Assembly: GCF_018350175.1 (NCBI RefSeq)
Contig: NC_058368.1
Span: 74,774,001 to 74,838,000, forward strand
DNA: 64,000 nucleotides
Origin: Felis catus
Lineage: Eukaryota
Reading direction: 5' to 3'
The stretch's first letter is position 1, and every line of letters begins with the position of its first letter. The translations under genes and the position numbers were made by a program. Under the pieces are notes generated by a model. It made no database searches, was not told the DNA's origin, and saw only the letters and a list, made by a program, of their open reading frames with translations. Below are positions 38,652-51,540 of the stretch, piece by piece.

Positions 38652-39055
38652 TCATTTCAATGTTTCTTTACTGAGCATCCCCAAATATCTGCTGTGTTCT
38701 TGTGTGAGCTGTTAAGCTGCCAGCTTGGCATGGAAAGTTTCTTCCCAATTCTGGCCCCGGCCTCCCCCTTTCAGGTCATCATACCCATTCCTCTGACTCA
38801 AGTTTCATCTCCACAGGAGGTCTTTTCTCCGTTTATCAGACGATCATGATTATTGTTTTTTCTCCCATCTCCTTTTCCTTTTAGAACCACACACTTTGCC
38901 AGTTTGATGTTCTCTGATTTGTTCATATTGGTCATAGAAATAGGTATTAACCAAATAGTAAACAATGTGAGTGTACAAATCATGCCTTATTTGTATTTGC
39001 ACAACCCCTAACACAGCTTTTGTAAACTTGATACAAAAATAAATTATTATTATCA

Positions 39056-39275
39056 TTTTAAAAATTTTTTATATTTATTTATTTATTTTTGAGAGACAGA
39101 CAGAGACAGAGCACAAGGGGAGATGGGCAGACAGAAGGAGACACAGAATCCGAATCAGGCTTCAGGCTCCAAGCCGTCAGCACAGAGCCCGACGCGTGGC
39201 TCGAACCCACAAACTGCGAGATCATGACCTGAGCCAAAGCCGGATGCTTAACCGACTGAGCCACCCAGGAATCCC
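39056..39275 (-). mobile_element. CanSINE
   Basis: Antisense full body. Confidence 0.95.
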
Positions 39276-39743
39276 TAATGTTATTATTTTAAATGATTTC
39301 CTAACCAGTTTTCATCATGGAGATCTTGTAATTGAGTACTGGAAAGGTAAATTTATGTTCTGGTAGACTCTTAGAAAACATGGATGGGGGCTTTTCTTTT
39401 TAATGTCAAACTGTGGTTTCATTAATGCACATTAGAGCCGGTGCCATTTGTATTCTTTTTCTGAAAGAAATAGTGCCAACTAGACTAATTATGGCAAGTA
39501 CAAACTCATGGCTTCAGTCTATAAACAATGCTGTAAAAAAAAATGTATTCTAAATGTTTTAAAGGCAGGTTTTTGTTTAGCATTGTGCATTACACTGGTA
39601 TATTACAAAACGGTGTGGTATAGTTTTAGCAAATTTAACTATTTGGGTTTCTTAAAGACAATAATATGTGTGATCAAGAAAAGGCAACAATATTTCTACA
39701 AAATCTCTAGTTCCTCTGCCTGGCCACCACCATTTTAAAATGG

Positions 39744-40106
39744 TATATATACATATATACATATATATATGTATGTATATACATATGTATATATATATAT
39801 ATATATACATACATATATATGTATATATATACACACACTAAATATACATATACATATATATGTATATATACATATATACATATACATATATACATATACA
39901 TAGATATATACATATACATATATACGTATATACATATACATATATACATATACATATATACATATACATATATATACATATACATATATATACATATATA
40001 TACATATACATATATACACATATACATATATATACATATATATACATATACATATATATACAATATACATATATATATGTATATTGTATATATATATATA
40101 CTAAAT

Positions 40107-40147
<41 letters not shown>
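39744..40147. repeat. Compound (TA)n/(TACATA)n tract
   Basis: Read directly from the sequence; ~400 bp. Confidence 0.97.
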
Positions 40148-41161
40148 CTAAAACCTTGGTTTGCAAGTCTAATTCATTTGAGACACATGTTTGTAATCCA
40201 CAGCACTTGTATATCAAAGCAAATTTCCCCATAAAAAATAATGGAAACTCAGATGATTCGTTCTACACCCCAAAAATATTCATATAAAATGATTACGACA
40301 CTGTAATATAATACAAAATATAAACAGAAATGAACAAACTAACCTGCACCTCCCTTTGAACACTTTCGAGGCTGGTGTGAGGGAGACAAGAGAGAGGAGG
40401 GTGATTGTGTAGGACTTTCGCTGTCACTAAGGGAATCACTGATATCTCTTGGCTCAGTGGAATTTTTTTCTTGTTGTGCAGCTGTAACAAGGAACCTGTC
40501 CAGTGACACGTGCTTTTGTCTCCTTTTGAGGTTTTCACAGAAATGTGACATTGCACTGTTAAATAGATTCCTTGTTCGCATTCCTACAGCCTTACTTGGG
40601 TGGTGCTTTTCAACAAAATTTTGCACTGCTTCCCACATTCTACTTCTCCCTAATCTCATTTGAGGTGAGGGATTCCTCCCCCTTTTTCTCCTCCTCTTCT
40701 GCAGAAGCGATGCAGACGTAGACTTATAAAGTCTTGCAATTTCTGCCACTCACATGCCTTGTTCGTACTTCTCAATGATTTCCTTTTAACTTCCGCAGTA
40801 ATTATCTCCTTCTTTCCACTTTTCAACTTTTTTCTGCATGGGGACCATTGTCTACACTACAGTGCAGTATTAACAGACTCTTGTCATGTACTGTACTGAA
40901 TGTAAGTGGCAATAAGGCAGCAGAGGAAATGGTCTGTATCTGCAGGCAGCCTGACGTAGAACGAAGCAAAGCATTCCTAAGCCCACTCTTGTACGGAAGA
41001 GCAAAGGACTGTCCATAGGTGCTTTGAAGTGACAAAAAATACACTATGTGGGCCAGTTGTGGGCACCTTCCAACGTCCTGAAAAATCATCGATTCCTGCC
41101 AAACACTGCGGCCTGAGACCAAACATCTGAGCATAGGAGATGAACATCCACAATCCCGCAG

Positions 41162-41197
<36 letters not shown>

Positions 41198-41352
41198 ACC
41201 ATTGGCTCAGTTGTGATCATGTGACATTCTGCATCATGTACGACTCATATTGTAAGACATCGCTTCTTTGCCATGTTAAAATCGAGCAGAAGTGTTTGCT
41301 TGTCTTGCGGAACACTCACAGAAAAGGTTACTTGTAATCCAAGGTTTTACTG
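40148..41352 (-). mobile_element. TcMar-Tigger non-autonomous deletion derivative
   Basis: TIRs c(ag)taaaaccttggtttgcaagt ... acttgtaatccaaggttttactg, TA on both flanks, transposase remnant on the minus strand. Confidence 0.92.
40339..40848 (-). pseudogene. Tigger/TIGD-like transposase remnant (N-terminal HTH joined to C-terminal tail; DDE core absent)
   Basis: KKEIITAEVK/KEIIEKYEQGM*VAEIARLYKSTS (psq-type HTH, with frameshift and stop), then MWEAVQNFVEKHHPSKAV...KRRQKHVSLDRFLV. Confidence 0.8.
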
Positions 41353-41860
41353 TATATTATATATTATTACATTATTATATATAAATATATTATTATGTAG
41401 TTTATTATTATATGTGATTATATAGAACTATATAATTATTAATTTATATTATATTAAATATCATATAATATTAAATTATATATATTATAAATAATTAATT
41501 AATGTAAATTAATTAATACAAATTATATAAATTAATATAAATAATATAAATATAAATAAATACTATAAATTAATACATTAATATAATATTAATTAATATT
41601 TTATTTAATATGTAATTATTTATATATAATATATTAATATTTTAATTTAATATTAATTAATTAATATAAATATATTATTAATATTATATTATATTATATA
41701 TTATTATATACTATTATATTATTATATAATATATAATATATAATATTATGTACTTATATAATATATTATTTTTATATTATATTTTAGTATATATATTATA
41801 TTTATAATTATATATACATAAATATTATATATTTCTATATATTTCATATTTATATATGTA
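41353..41860. repeat. AT-rich low-complexity tract
   Basis: Almost pure A/T for ~500 bp. Confidence 0.95.
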
Positions 41861-43459
41861 TGTGTTTACTATATCAAAACACATTAACAGACTGTGGATT
41901 CCACAGGATTTCTGTGGAATTCTCACTTAGGAAGAAGTCCTCACTGGGATTCCAGTATTCTATAATAGAAATGCAGAAGCCTTTCTTCAGCGTAATATTA
42001 GATATTTTATCTCTGTTCGCCCATGGTTTTTCCTCTAAGGCTTTCCCAATTTTACCTTTGGATCTCCATTTCTACATGCTTCTCTTGTTTCCTTTAGCCT
42101 AGTCTCAGCTAAGGCAGGTTGATATCTGAATACACACCGCATGGCTGGGGATGATAACGGTGGGACAGGGCCAACATAGTGGAAAGAAACCACAAGTTCA
42201 GAACAGCAACGAGGACCTTCTACGGGAGGGGGATAGTTATAATGCTGGTACCAAAAGGTTCTGGTTAGATAACCTTTGATCAAGTGTTGTTGCAGGCCAG
42301 AGGGATGGAACATTTCTTTTCCTGTGGTGTCTCTGGAGCCCCCCGCCTGTCTGTCTTTGATTTCCATGCATCTCCCCAGCACTGCTTTCAATGGAGGAAC
42401 TGCATCTGCCTTTGTCCGTCTTGGATGCATCGACAAATCCCCAGAAGCTTCTTTGCTCGGCATACATCCTGCCCCTGCACTCATGCAGCCCTGCTTTAGA
42501 TGGGGCTAAATCTTCTCCTGAAGGATATGGGTTCGTATGTGGCCGCAAGCCACCTAAGGTTTTCTAGCAGGATGCATACGTATCATCATTGCTTTCTTCT
42601 TCTGGACGATGGCCGTGAACACACTGAAATGCATTAAGTGTTTTCCAGTAGACTTGGTCTCTGTCTTCTTTAGTGTTGAATCACATAGCAGAGTTCTTTC
42701 CTTCTGAACTCATAGGCCACACTTTATTATTATGCAGAGCCTAAGTAGCTTTGGTTCTGCAGGTTTTCCAACCCGGATTACACAAGATGAAGGTTAACCG
42801 TGGTGTTATTTTTGTGTTACCTCGACTTGCCTCGCAGATTTTAGGAAACTCCCGGGAAATGACCCCTAAGGTGTGGTCAGTGTTTTACTTTTCCTCTGCT
42901 GTCGGCAATCAGATGTTTATGTGCTCAGCTATTTCACGTTCTGCGGGGAGAGAAGCATGATGTGCAGCCTAAGGCTCCTCAGAGTGATTATCAGACCTTC
43001 AGATAATAAGGCCCAGAGTCATCTGGAAGGTCGAGAACAAAGAAAGTGGATGCACCATGAAAACACACCATGGTTATGCTTTGTCTCCTGTCTTCTGCCT
43101 TGGGCCCTCTCCCCAAAAGTAATTCCAGATGGAAAAGGAGAGCCTTCCCAGCATTCCCTGCCCCCCCAGAGTTCCCACCCCAGAGCCCCCAGCACACGGC
43201 TCATCTAGTCCCTTCACACTCTGGAGTCCACAGCACAACTACCCGAGGTAGCGACTTGTTAAGGAGACATTTTGATTCTGATTCTGATAACACGGTTCTT
43301 CAATATACAGGTGCATCTGGAACAGAGGATGAATACGTCCATTTCCTTTTGTTACCTTCTAAAACTCCTAAAGACAGTGAAGAGATATTTAAAAGAAACT
43401 AAAATTATTAGGAAATGATATTTTGACTAGACACATGGCATAATATGTCATTTTAACTT

Positions 43460-43802
43460 AGTCAGTCTGGTCTCTGTGTTGAGAACAGACAGAAAAGTGG
43501 GTAAAGACAGAGCAAATCTGTGTTCGCAGCATCTGTGATAATACAGATGAGGGAAGACGGAGACTTTGCCTTGGGTGGTGGTGGTAAAGGTGGAAAGAGT
43601 GAATAGAATTTGGAGGCAGAACTAATAAGATTTGCTGCTGGACTGAGTAAAGGGCAACAGCCTATGAGGAAGCCAAGCATGATCTTCACTAGTGGTAGAA
43701 GCATATTCCTCCTTCCATCTTTACTTTTCTCTTTTTTTTCTTTTCTCTTTTCTTTTTTCTTTCCTTTCTTTTCTTTTCCTCTTCTTTTCTTCCTTTCCCT
43801 TT

Positions 43803-43860
<58 letters not shown>

Positions 43861-44720
43861 TTGGGATGTGGTTTTATACATGGTAAGCCTGAAAGATCTA
43901 TTAGACATCAGAGTAGAAATGTTGAATAAGCAATTGAGTGTCACACTGGAGTTCAGAGGAAAGGTTCAGGCTAGCTATGGAAATCTGAAGCCATGAGATT
44001 AGGTAATGTCATGAAAGGTTTGAGCGTAAATAGAAGGCAGTCCTGGGGCTTACCAGCATGTGAAGGTCAGAAGGCTGAGGCGAGATCAGAAAAATAGACT
44101 GAGAAACAAAGTCTAGGACACCAGATGTTTCCTGGAATCCAAAGGAAGAAACTGTGTCAGAGTTGGGTTACACCAAATGTTGATGTTCAAGTCTCGGGGT
44201 GACTGGGAATTAGTCTTCTTATTAATGCCTTTACAAGCATTGTGAGAATGAAAGCATCATTGAGTTGGATCAAGAGAAGATGTGAAGAGTTCAGTTGAAG
44301 AGAACGAATCTGTCCAGACAACACTTTGTGGAGATTTGCCTTACTGGGGGATTGTGGGTAGGAAAATGAGAAGGAAACAAATGTGGGGACTGACTTTAAA
44401 TGTGTTGAGAGGGCTTCTTCCTTTTAAAAAAATGTAAGAAAAGTATTCGATAATAATAATTATCCAGTAGAAGTGTGGAAAATGGAGAAGTGTTGTATTT
44501 GTGCCTGGTGTGGCCAAAGGGAGTGGATCTGTTGGGCGGGAGAAATGGTAAACATATGAGTGCAGGTGGCTCATCTGTCCTTACAGGACACAAGGCAGCG
44601 TGTGGGGGATCTGGGGGCTCTGTGTCATACCTGAGAGCTGCTGGTGGCTCTCTCTCTCTTACCTACATCAGTTTTCTCAGAAAAATAGGAAGCAAGGTCA
44701 ACTGCAAGTGACAACTAGAA
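43460..44720 (-). mobile_element. L2 fragment
   Basis: Minus-strand translation CLFNISTLMSNRSFRLTMYKT resembles the L2 RT motif (CLxDIxxWMSxxxLKLNxxKT); purine-rich L2 antisense texture. Confidence 0.85.
43706..43862. repeat. Polypyrimidine/(TTTC)n tract inside L2
   Basis: Read directly from the sequence. Confidence 0.95.
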
Positions 44721-45108
44721 AGACAAACTAGGAAGATGTTAGAGGTTTGAAGAGAGAGATGTGAAAAGTTAGTCTTAGGGGTGTGGGAAGGGAAGGGGCC
44801 ACATAAATGGGAAATGAGCTCTGGATAGGGCGCGGAGTAACACAGAATCCAACGCTGAGCACTGATCAGACCCATGGTGGGATATGAGCTTATCAGGAAA
44901 AAAGATAGATGAGGAAGGATACGTGTGCCAAAGAAGGCAAGCAGGGAAAAAAAACTAAGTGGAAAAGAGCCATACCCGAAGGTCAATAGACACCGACGTG
45001 TAATTTGTATAAAAAGAAGTGAGTACTTAATGAATCGGATACAAGAGCCAAAGGATTGCCTCATATAGGGACACTGGATTTTTAAATCTGGTATAACTAG
45101 TTGATTCC

Positions 45109-45346
45109 TTTTTTGTTGTTGTTTTTGTTAATTTTCTTTTAACGTTTATTCATTCTTGAGAGACAGAGAGACAGAGTATGAGTGAGAGAGGGGCAGAGAG
45201 AGAGAGAGGGAAACGCAGAATCCAAAACAGGCTCCAGGCTCTGAGCTGTCAGCACAGAGCTCAATGTGGGGCTCGAACCCACGAACTGTGAGCTCATGAC
45301 CTGAGCCGAAGTCTGACGTCCAACCAACTGAGCCACCCAGGCGCCT
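45109..45346 (-). mobile_element. CanSINE (older of tandem pair)
   Basis: Antisense body; TSD acta(g/c)ttgattc. Confidence 0.95.
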
Positions 45347-45362
45347 CACTACTTGATTCTTT

Positions 45363-45583
45363 TTTTTTTTAAATTTTTTTTCAACGTTTATTTATTTTTG
45401 GAACAGAGAGAGACAGAGCATGAACGGGGGAGGGGCAGAGAGAGAGGGAGACACAGAATCGGAAACAGGCTCCAGGCTCCGAGCCATCAGCCCAGAGCCC
45501 GACGCGGGGCTCGAACTCACGGACCGCGAGATCGTGACCTGGCTGAAGTCGGACGCTTAACCGACTGCGCCACCCAGGCGCCC
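45363..45583 (-). mobile_element. Young CanSINE (CAGCCAGGTCACG variant)
   Basis: TSD cactacttgattcttt at 45347-45362 and 45584-45599. Confidence 0.97.
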
Positions 45584-47795
45584 CACTACTTGATTCTTTA
45601 TATGCATGCATAGCTTGATAAAAACAAACTTTGAAAATATTTAATATTTAAAATATTAAAACAGAATAGGATAAGAGAGAAGAAAAGTGTATGCTCATTT
45701 GGATGGGTGGATAGCTAGATAAATCAATCAGTCGATAGATAGATAAAGTTCTATGTTTAGCTGTTGGAATAAGTAACGTACAAGTTTCTTTGGTTACACT
45801 TCATGGCCTTCTTAAGACCAAAAAGGATCTGAGATGTAAGCTCTGTAATGAAGTTCACATCTGAGATGTGAACTCTGTAATGAAGCATCATCACAATTAA
45901 TAATGTGTAGACATACAATTCAGAGAACAGAAATATCAGCTAGACTAACCCACCTTGTTATTAAGATATGGTAATAAAGATAAGATTTTTGTCTTTGTAA
46001 AAAACATCCACATTCCACGTACCAAAGAGTTAGAGCCGAAAAACAGCAATGGCAAATGCAGAGAAAAATACAGTGTTTTCATCTATCACTTATGAAAACC
46101 TACATTTTGTCAGCCCAATCCTCCTAATTAACATATCAAGACCATTGTGACTATGACCTTTTAACAAGAAGATTACATACATGAAGTTCGGTGGTTTACC
46201 CCGCCATTAAATCATAGTGAATTTCCAAGAAACTAACATTTGAAAACCAGTAAATTTGTTGGGAAATGCTCGTAGCTGCTCCCATGATCTCTGAAAGAAC
46301 AGAGGTCTTCTGTACTTAGGAATATCATCACATGGGCGCTGACTTCTGGTGTCCTGGTCAGTTCCAAGCTTGGATAGTGGATTCCTACGGATATTTCTGC
46401 AGACTTAGGATCCTTGGTCCCATCGTACTTAGAACTAGAGGGAATATTCAGGAATTCTCCTCAGGCTTCTCTCATAGACCATGATGAACGGTAGGTTGCC
46501 CAACAGTGACATAGACCACAATTGTTTTTACTCTGCAAGCGTTCTGAGAGTATGAAAAAAAGAACTGATTTAATCTCCATAACATTTACTGTGGTTTATT
46601 GTATACCCAGAGCCTTAGTTATCATTTCAAACCAAGAACAAGGTCCTCCTGCGTGTGACATCCAATGAGCCATGAAAGGAACTAAGTACATTCGCTGCCC
46701 TGGAGAGATTCCAGCAGTTTCTCCGTATGAGATCGGTATATAACAGATGGGACCAGGGTGACTGATTCAATTAGAATATTTTAATAGCAGAATGGAGAAC
46801 CTTGTACAGCTCTATCAGTGAGGAGGAGGGCCATTAAATGCACCAAAGTAATTGTTTCATTGGGAGGATATGTCAAATAAAATATATCTACATGTAATAT
46901 ATATATTTAATTTGAAGGGAATTTCAGATGATGATTATGAAAATGAAGTCATTATATAACATATGATGGTTATCTAAATCTTTATGAGAAATGAACCTTT
47001 AAAGCTCCTCAAATATTTATCTTGTCTTATTAATTGAAGGATCCTGCTGCTTTAAGCTCCTTTTGACCTAGTCCATATTGTCCTCTAGTCTTTAGAGTGA
47101 TACATTAGAAGAGGAAGTAGCTTTTTTCAGTCTGTTCAGAAAAATAGACACTTTTGAGACATAAAAGGCAGTTTATAAAACACACAGCGTTTATCCAGAG
47201 TTAGTGAACTCCCTAAAGGAAATAATAATACAAAAATGCAGCTCTTAGGGGAAGATAGCCTCCTGCATTATGCTGTCATGTGAATTTTACAAAAGCAGAA
47301 AGCAAATTAATCTCTTTTAATTGTATTATTTAATCATAAAATATGTGAGAGTTTTTAGTGAAAAATTGCTACTGGCCTGAGACTTACAGTAAGGATTAGC
47401 ATCTCCAAAATAATGTTATCTTGCTAATCCTGGGGGATAACGTATTGCATATTATCTCTCAAATATTATCTACCATTTTATTTTGAACAAATCCTGTATT
47501 TCATATAATAGAGCAAGTCTTTCTATGATGATGAATGATTGCCATGACACAAGGCTTAGCACCACGGTGCTTAAGAGAAATTGAATTAATTCAATAATAG
47601 AATTTATGTCAATTAGCCTTAGTAGAATCTGTTGTTCAGTTTATCTTCAAGCAGCAATAAGAGAAAAAAAAGTCTTTTTTTTTTAAAAAACTGAAACAGA
47701 TTTGTTCATGCTCATGTATACCTGACAGAATTTTTTTTTAATTTTCTTCACAAATCAATATAATCAAGTAGATTTAAGGGGAAGATAAAATGAGA

Positions 47796-47870
47796 TTATC
47801 TATCATCTATCATCTATCTGCCTATATATCGACTGACCTACCTACCTACCTATCTGTATCTACGTATCTA
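47796..47870. repeat. Degenerate (TATC)n/(CCTA)n repeat
   Basis: Read directly from the sequence. Confidence 0.8.
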
Positions 47871-48752
47871 AAAGCCGTTTTCTTTTGATAATAAAAGATA
47901 AATGGGATACATTTTTTACATGGTAATGAGATTTCATGCTTTGTCTTCTTGAAATAATACATTTAATTAACAGATTTCTTTTTGAAGTAATTGGTATCCA
48001 CATTCATCACCCATCACTTGAGGTAGAATGGCAAAGGCTTAGTATTCAATTCTAGAGAGGGGTGAGAATAAAACAGGTAAAGGGACAACTCTAGACTCGT
48101 CGACTGCAGTAGCCAGGAGAGATCTCTGCTGCGAGAATGCAGAAGGTACCATAGATTCAAAGATGCCATGGGTACCAAGCTGGCGGTTGTGTTCTTCAGA
48201 CCCCAACTCAAATGAACGACAAAACGTGTCTTTCCTGCCCCAGCACAAATCAAATTCCAAATGAGACAAAACCCTGTAAGCTATGCCGATGGCACACTGC
48301 TCAGTTAAAGAAACTGGCAGTCGTGCCGTTATCCCACAGGAAGTTTGTTGAAGAATATATGTCCCGTTATTGTAGTGTGCAAATTAACGCAGTAGCTGGG
48401 AGTCACGGGCTTAGCTAGCATTGCATAAATCACTGATAAATATACCAATCTTTTATGATCTTTCATCATTAGCAGATGCTAGAAGTCAACAGTGCTCTGG
48501 AGTTGGCATTGATATCAACTTTTTCAAAGCTAACAATTTGGGACCTGAACAGTGTCCGTGCAAGGCAATTCCAGAAAACAAACCAAAGCAGGATGCGGTG
48601 AGGAGCGCATTCAACACCACCTACTTGTGGTGCCCTAAGAATTGCATCAATTGTCACGCGAGAAGGCCCAAAGATTAATCAGAATCACTTTACCTGTTAC
48701 TTTATGTATAAATATTTCTTGATGCAGTTATTCCCTTAATGAACGACATGTG

Positions 48753-48971
48753 GGGGCGCCTGGGTGGCTCAGTCGGTTAAGGGTCCGACTTCAGCTCAGG
48801 TCACGATCTCGCGGTACGTGAGTTCGAGCCCTGCGTATGGCTCTGGGCTGATGGCTTGGAGCCTGGAGCCTGCTTCCGATTGTGTGTCTCCCTCTCTCTC
48901 TGCCCCTCCCCCGTTCATGCTCTGTCTCTCTCTGTCTCAAAAATAAATAAACGTTAAAAAATTTTTAAAAA
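48753..48971 (+). mobile_element. CanSINE (SINEC_Fc)
   Basis: TSD aatgaacgacatgtgg. Confidence 0.97.
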
Positions 48972-49958
48972 AATGAACGACATGTGGTTCGACTAGTACG
49001 TTTTAGTCATTTTCAAGGAAAGATTTTGCTTTTTTAAAAAAAATAGAGCCTTTGACAATTACAATTTAATGCTTTGGTGTCAAGAATGATCAGAAAAGAC
49101 AGGTGCACCTTATGGCCTGCGGCTTTATTCACACCAGGTCCAGAACGAGCCTGCACTGCATTGCACCCAAGAATGCCGAGTAGGTCTTCACCTTGTACTT
49201 CTGCCCCCCTCCCCGTTTCTTCCTCACCTCTGAAAAGCTCTTCCCCAGATGTCCCTGAGTCTAAAGCGTACAGTATAAAAAGCTTTGTCTTTGTTTTTTT
49301 CCTCCCTTTATAAATGCAAAGATTTAGAGTAAAACTTGATAAGGCACGCCAAAGAGAGAAAACCAATGGGGTCATTTCTCAATGACCTTCTTTGGACTGA
49401 GTCTGTGCTAATGCAATAATAAACCACTAAAAAAGGTGTATCCATCCATATTAAAATGACTTTTCCATTTTCCCTCTATTAAATATAACAAACAGAATCG
49501 TAATTTATTGCCAATAACCGAAATAGTACCAGCCTTGGGATCTTCTGTACATGTTCACGGAATTCGTGAGGGAAAGACGCAGACCAACTGTTCTGTTCCT
49601 ATGTGAAAATGATGCTGATGTCTGGTTGTTAGTAAAACCAAAGCTTCAGGCTACAATTATTGAGGAACAGGTATTAGTTTCACCATGATATATCTTGTCT
49701 CTCCTTCTGCCTCTGTTGGAATGAATGCATTATATTCTGACCTGTACTGTGTAGGAAATTAACTAGATTGTATTAAAATTAAGCCTGCTAACATGGACTC
49801 AATAACACATTAAAGTAATGTGATAAAAAAAATTGTGGGGAGCTAATACCGAATATGTGCAGAGTGTTATTTTTTTATTTTTTTAATGAATGACCCCTTT
49901 TACCTATATACTGAGACAAGATGTAATTTTTTTAAGTAAATTAAAAAGTGTCATTATA

Positions 49959-50163
49959 GAGGTGCGTGGGTGGCTCAGTCGGTTAAGTGTCTGACTTCCT
50001 CAGGTCATGATCTCGTGGCTCATAAGTTCTAGCCCATGTCAGGCTCTGTGCTGACAGCTCGGACCCTGGAGCCTGCTTTGGATTCTGTGTCCCCTTCTCT
50101 CTCTGCCCCTCCCCCGCTCACACTCTGTCTGTGTCAAAAAGAAATAAACCTTAAAAAAATAAC
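49959..50163 (+). mobile_element. CanSINE
   Basis: TSD aaagtgtcattata. Confidence 0.95.
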
Positions 50164-51084
50164 AAAGTGTCATTATATGGCAAATAATTAATATTCAAAT
50201 GAGAGGATATATTCAATTAAAAGCTATGAATCTGGAAAAATGAGAGATTATAGTAGTCTATGGTTATGTTCAAAGGCTTCAAAGACAGCAAGTTTTTGAG
50301 TGGGTTACATTTGGCTACTAAATCATTTAAGTGTATAGTTCCTGCACATACACTGTAATTACTGGGTGATATCCTTTTGGTTCTATGTCAAAAACGAGAA
50401 AATTGAGACCAATAGTTCAAGAAGCTGTCAATTGCCAATTCTGATATAAATTGTAAGTGGCCTCTTAATGAGTATTCCAGGTATACTGATTCATATTCTC
50501 ACAACTGGTAACTAGGGTCCTGGTTCCTGGATATTTAACAATACAATTCAGAAATCACAAAGTCCTCATGATATTGAGATTTTCATTTCTAAGAGGGTAA
50601 ATGTCTAGTCAACATGGTTATGACATGATTAACGCCTGGTTCAGTTAAGTGAATTTGTTGTTAAATTGTCAGTGCCCACAGCCAGATTTAAAGGGTTTCA
50701 GCCATTTGTTGGTTTAAAATTCTGACGATCCAACTAAGAAGATTAAACATGATTCTGATTTGGCCAATGGCAAAGTAAATGCTAAGAGGATCTATACCAC
50801 CCACTATTCTGAAAAAAACAAAAGTATTTTGAATGATCCTACAGTGTTGAATCCTAACCATTGAAACAGAAGAGTAATTTGAGTTAGTGGGCAGCGTATG
50901 GCGATGGTATAACCTAAAGGGTTATAAATGGCCGGTTGGGGAAGTCATGCTGGCCATCGGTAAGATACAGGAACGTGACTAACACTAATACCTACAGTGG
51001 TGTATCCCCAATCACTGGATGGTTCAAGAGCTTTGAGGTTCCTTGCACGTTTATTTAGTTTAGTGGGAATAATAGTGGTGATAA

Positions 51085-51260
51085 TAATGACACCAATAAG
51101 CTAATGTTTCAGAGCGCCAGGTACTATTTCTAGCATTTTATGTACATTTTCTTTAGTGATCATTTCCACTAATCTTATGAGGTGGTGTTTAGGGAAAACT
51201 GAGGTACAGAGGCAAAAGTTAGTTTTCAGGATCCCAGAATTAAAAAATGATAAAGCTGAG
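51085..51260 (-). mobile_element. MIR fragment
   Basis: aataagctaatgttt...gcgccaggtactatttctagcatttta...gaaaactgaggtacagagg. Confidence 0.75.
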
Positions 51261-51290
51261 AGAGTTGGTGTAGACAGCGTGATGTCTTTT

Positions 51291-51293
<3 letters not shown>

Positions 51294-51330
<37 letters not shown>
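51294..51330. repeat. (CA)n microsatellite
   Basis: Read directly from the sequence. Confidence 0.97.
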
Positions 51331-51332
<2 letters not shown>

Positions 51333-51364
51333 ATCATGTACTTAGCCAAATTCTCTCTCTCTCT

Positions 51365-51540
51365 CTTTTAATGGTTTATTTCAAGAAAGACAGAGAGACA
51401 GAGACAGAGAGACAGGGAGAGAGAGAGAATCCCAAGCAGGCTCTACTCTGTCAACAGGGGAGTTTGGTGGGGAGGGCTCAGTCCCAAGTACCGTGAGATC
51501 ATGACCTGAACCGAAATCAAGAGCTAGTTGCTTAATCAGG
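51365..51540 (-). mobile_element. CanSINE (older, head-truncated)
   Basis: GAATCCCAAGCAGGCTC ... GAGATCATGACCTGA. Confidence 0.88.

Noticed and set aside
39652..40151. Multiple Y/I/M-rich ORFs
   Set aside because: Translations of the TA microsatellite.
42035..43402. Cluster of 70-150-aa ORFs
   Set aside because: Overlapping on both strands, with no homology and no consistent exon structure.
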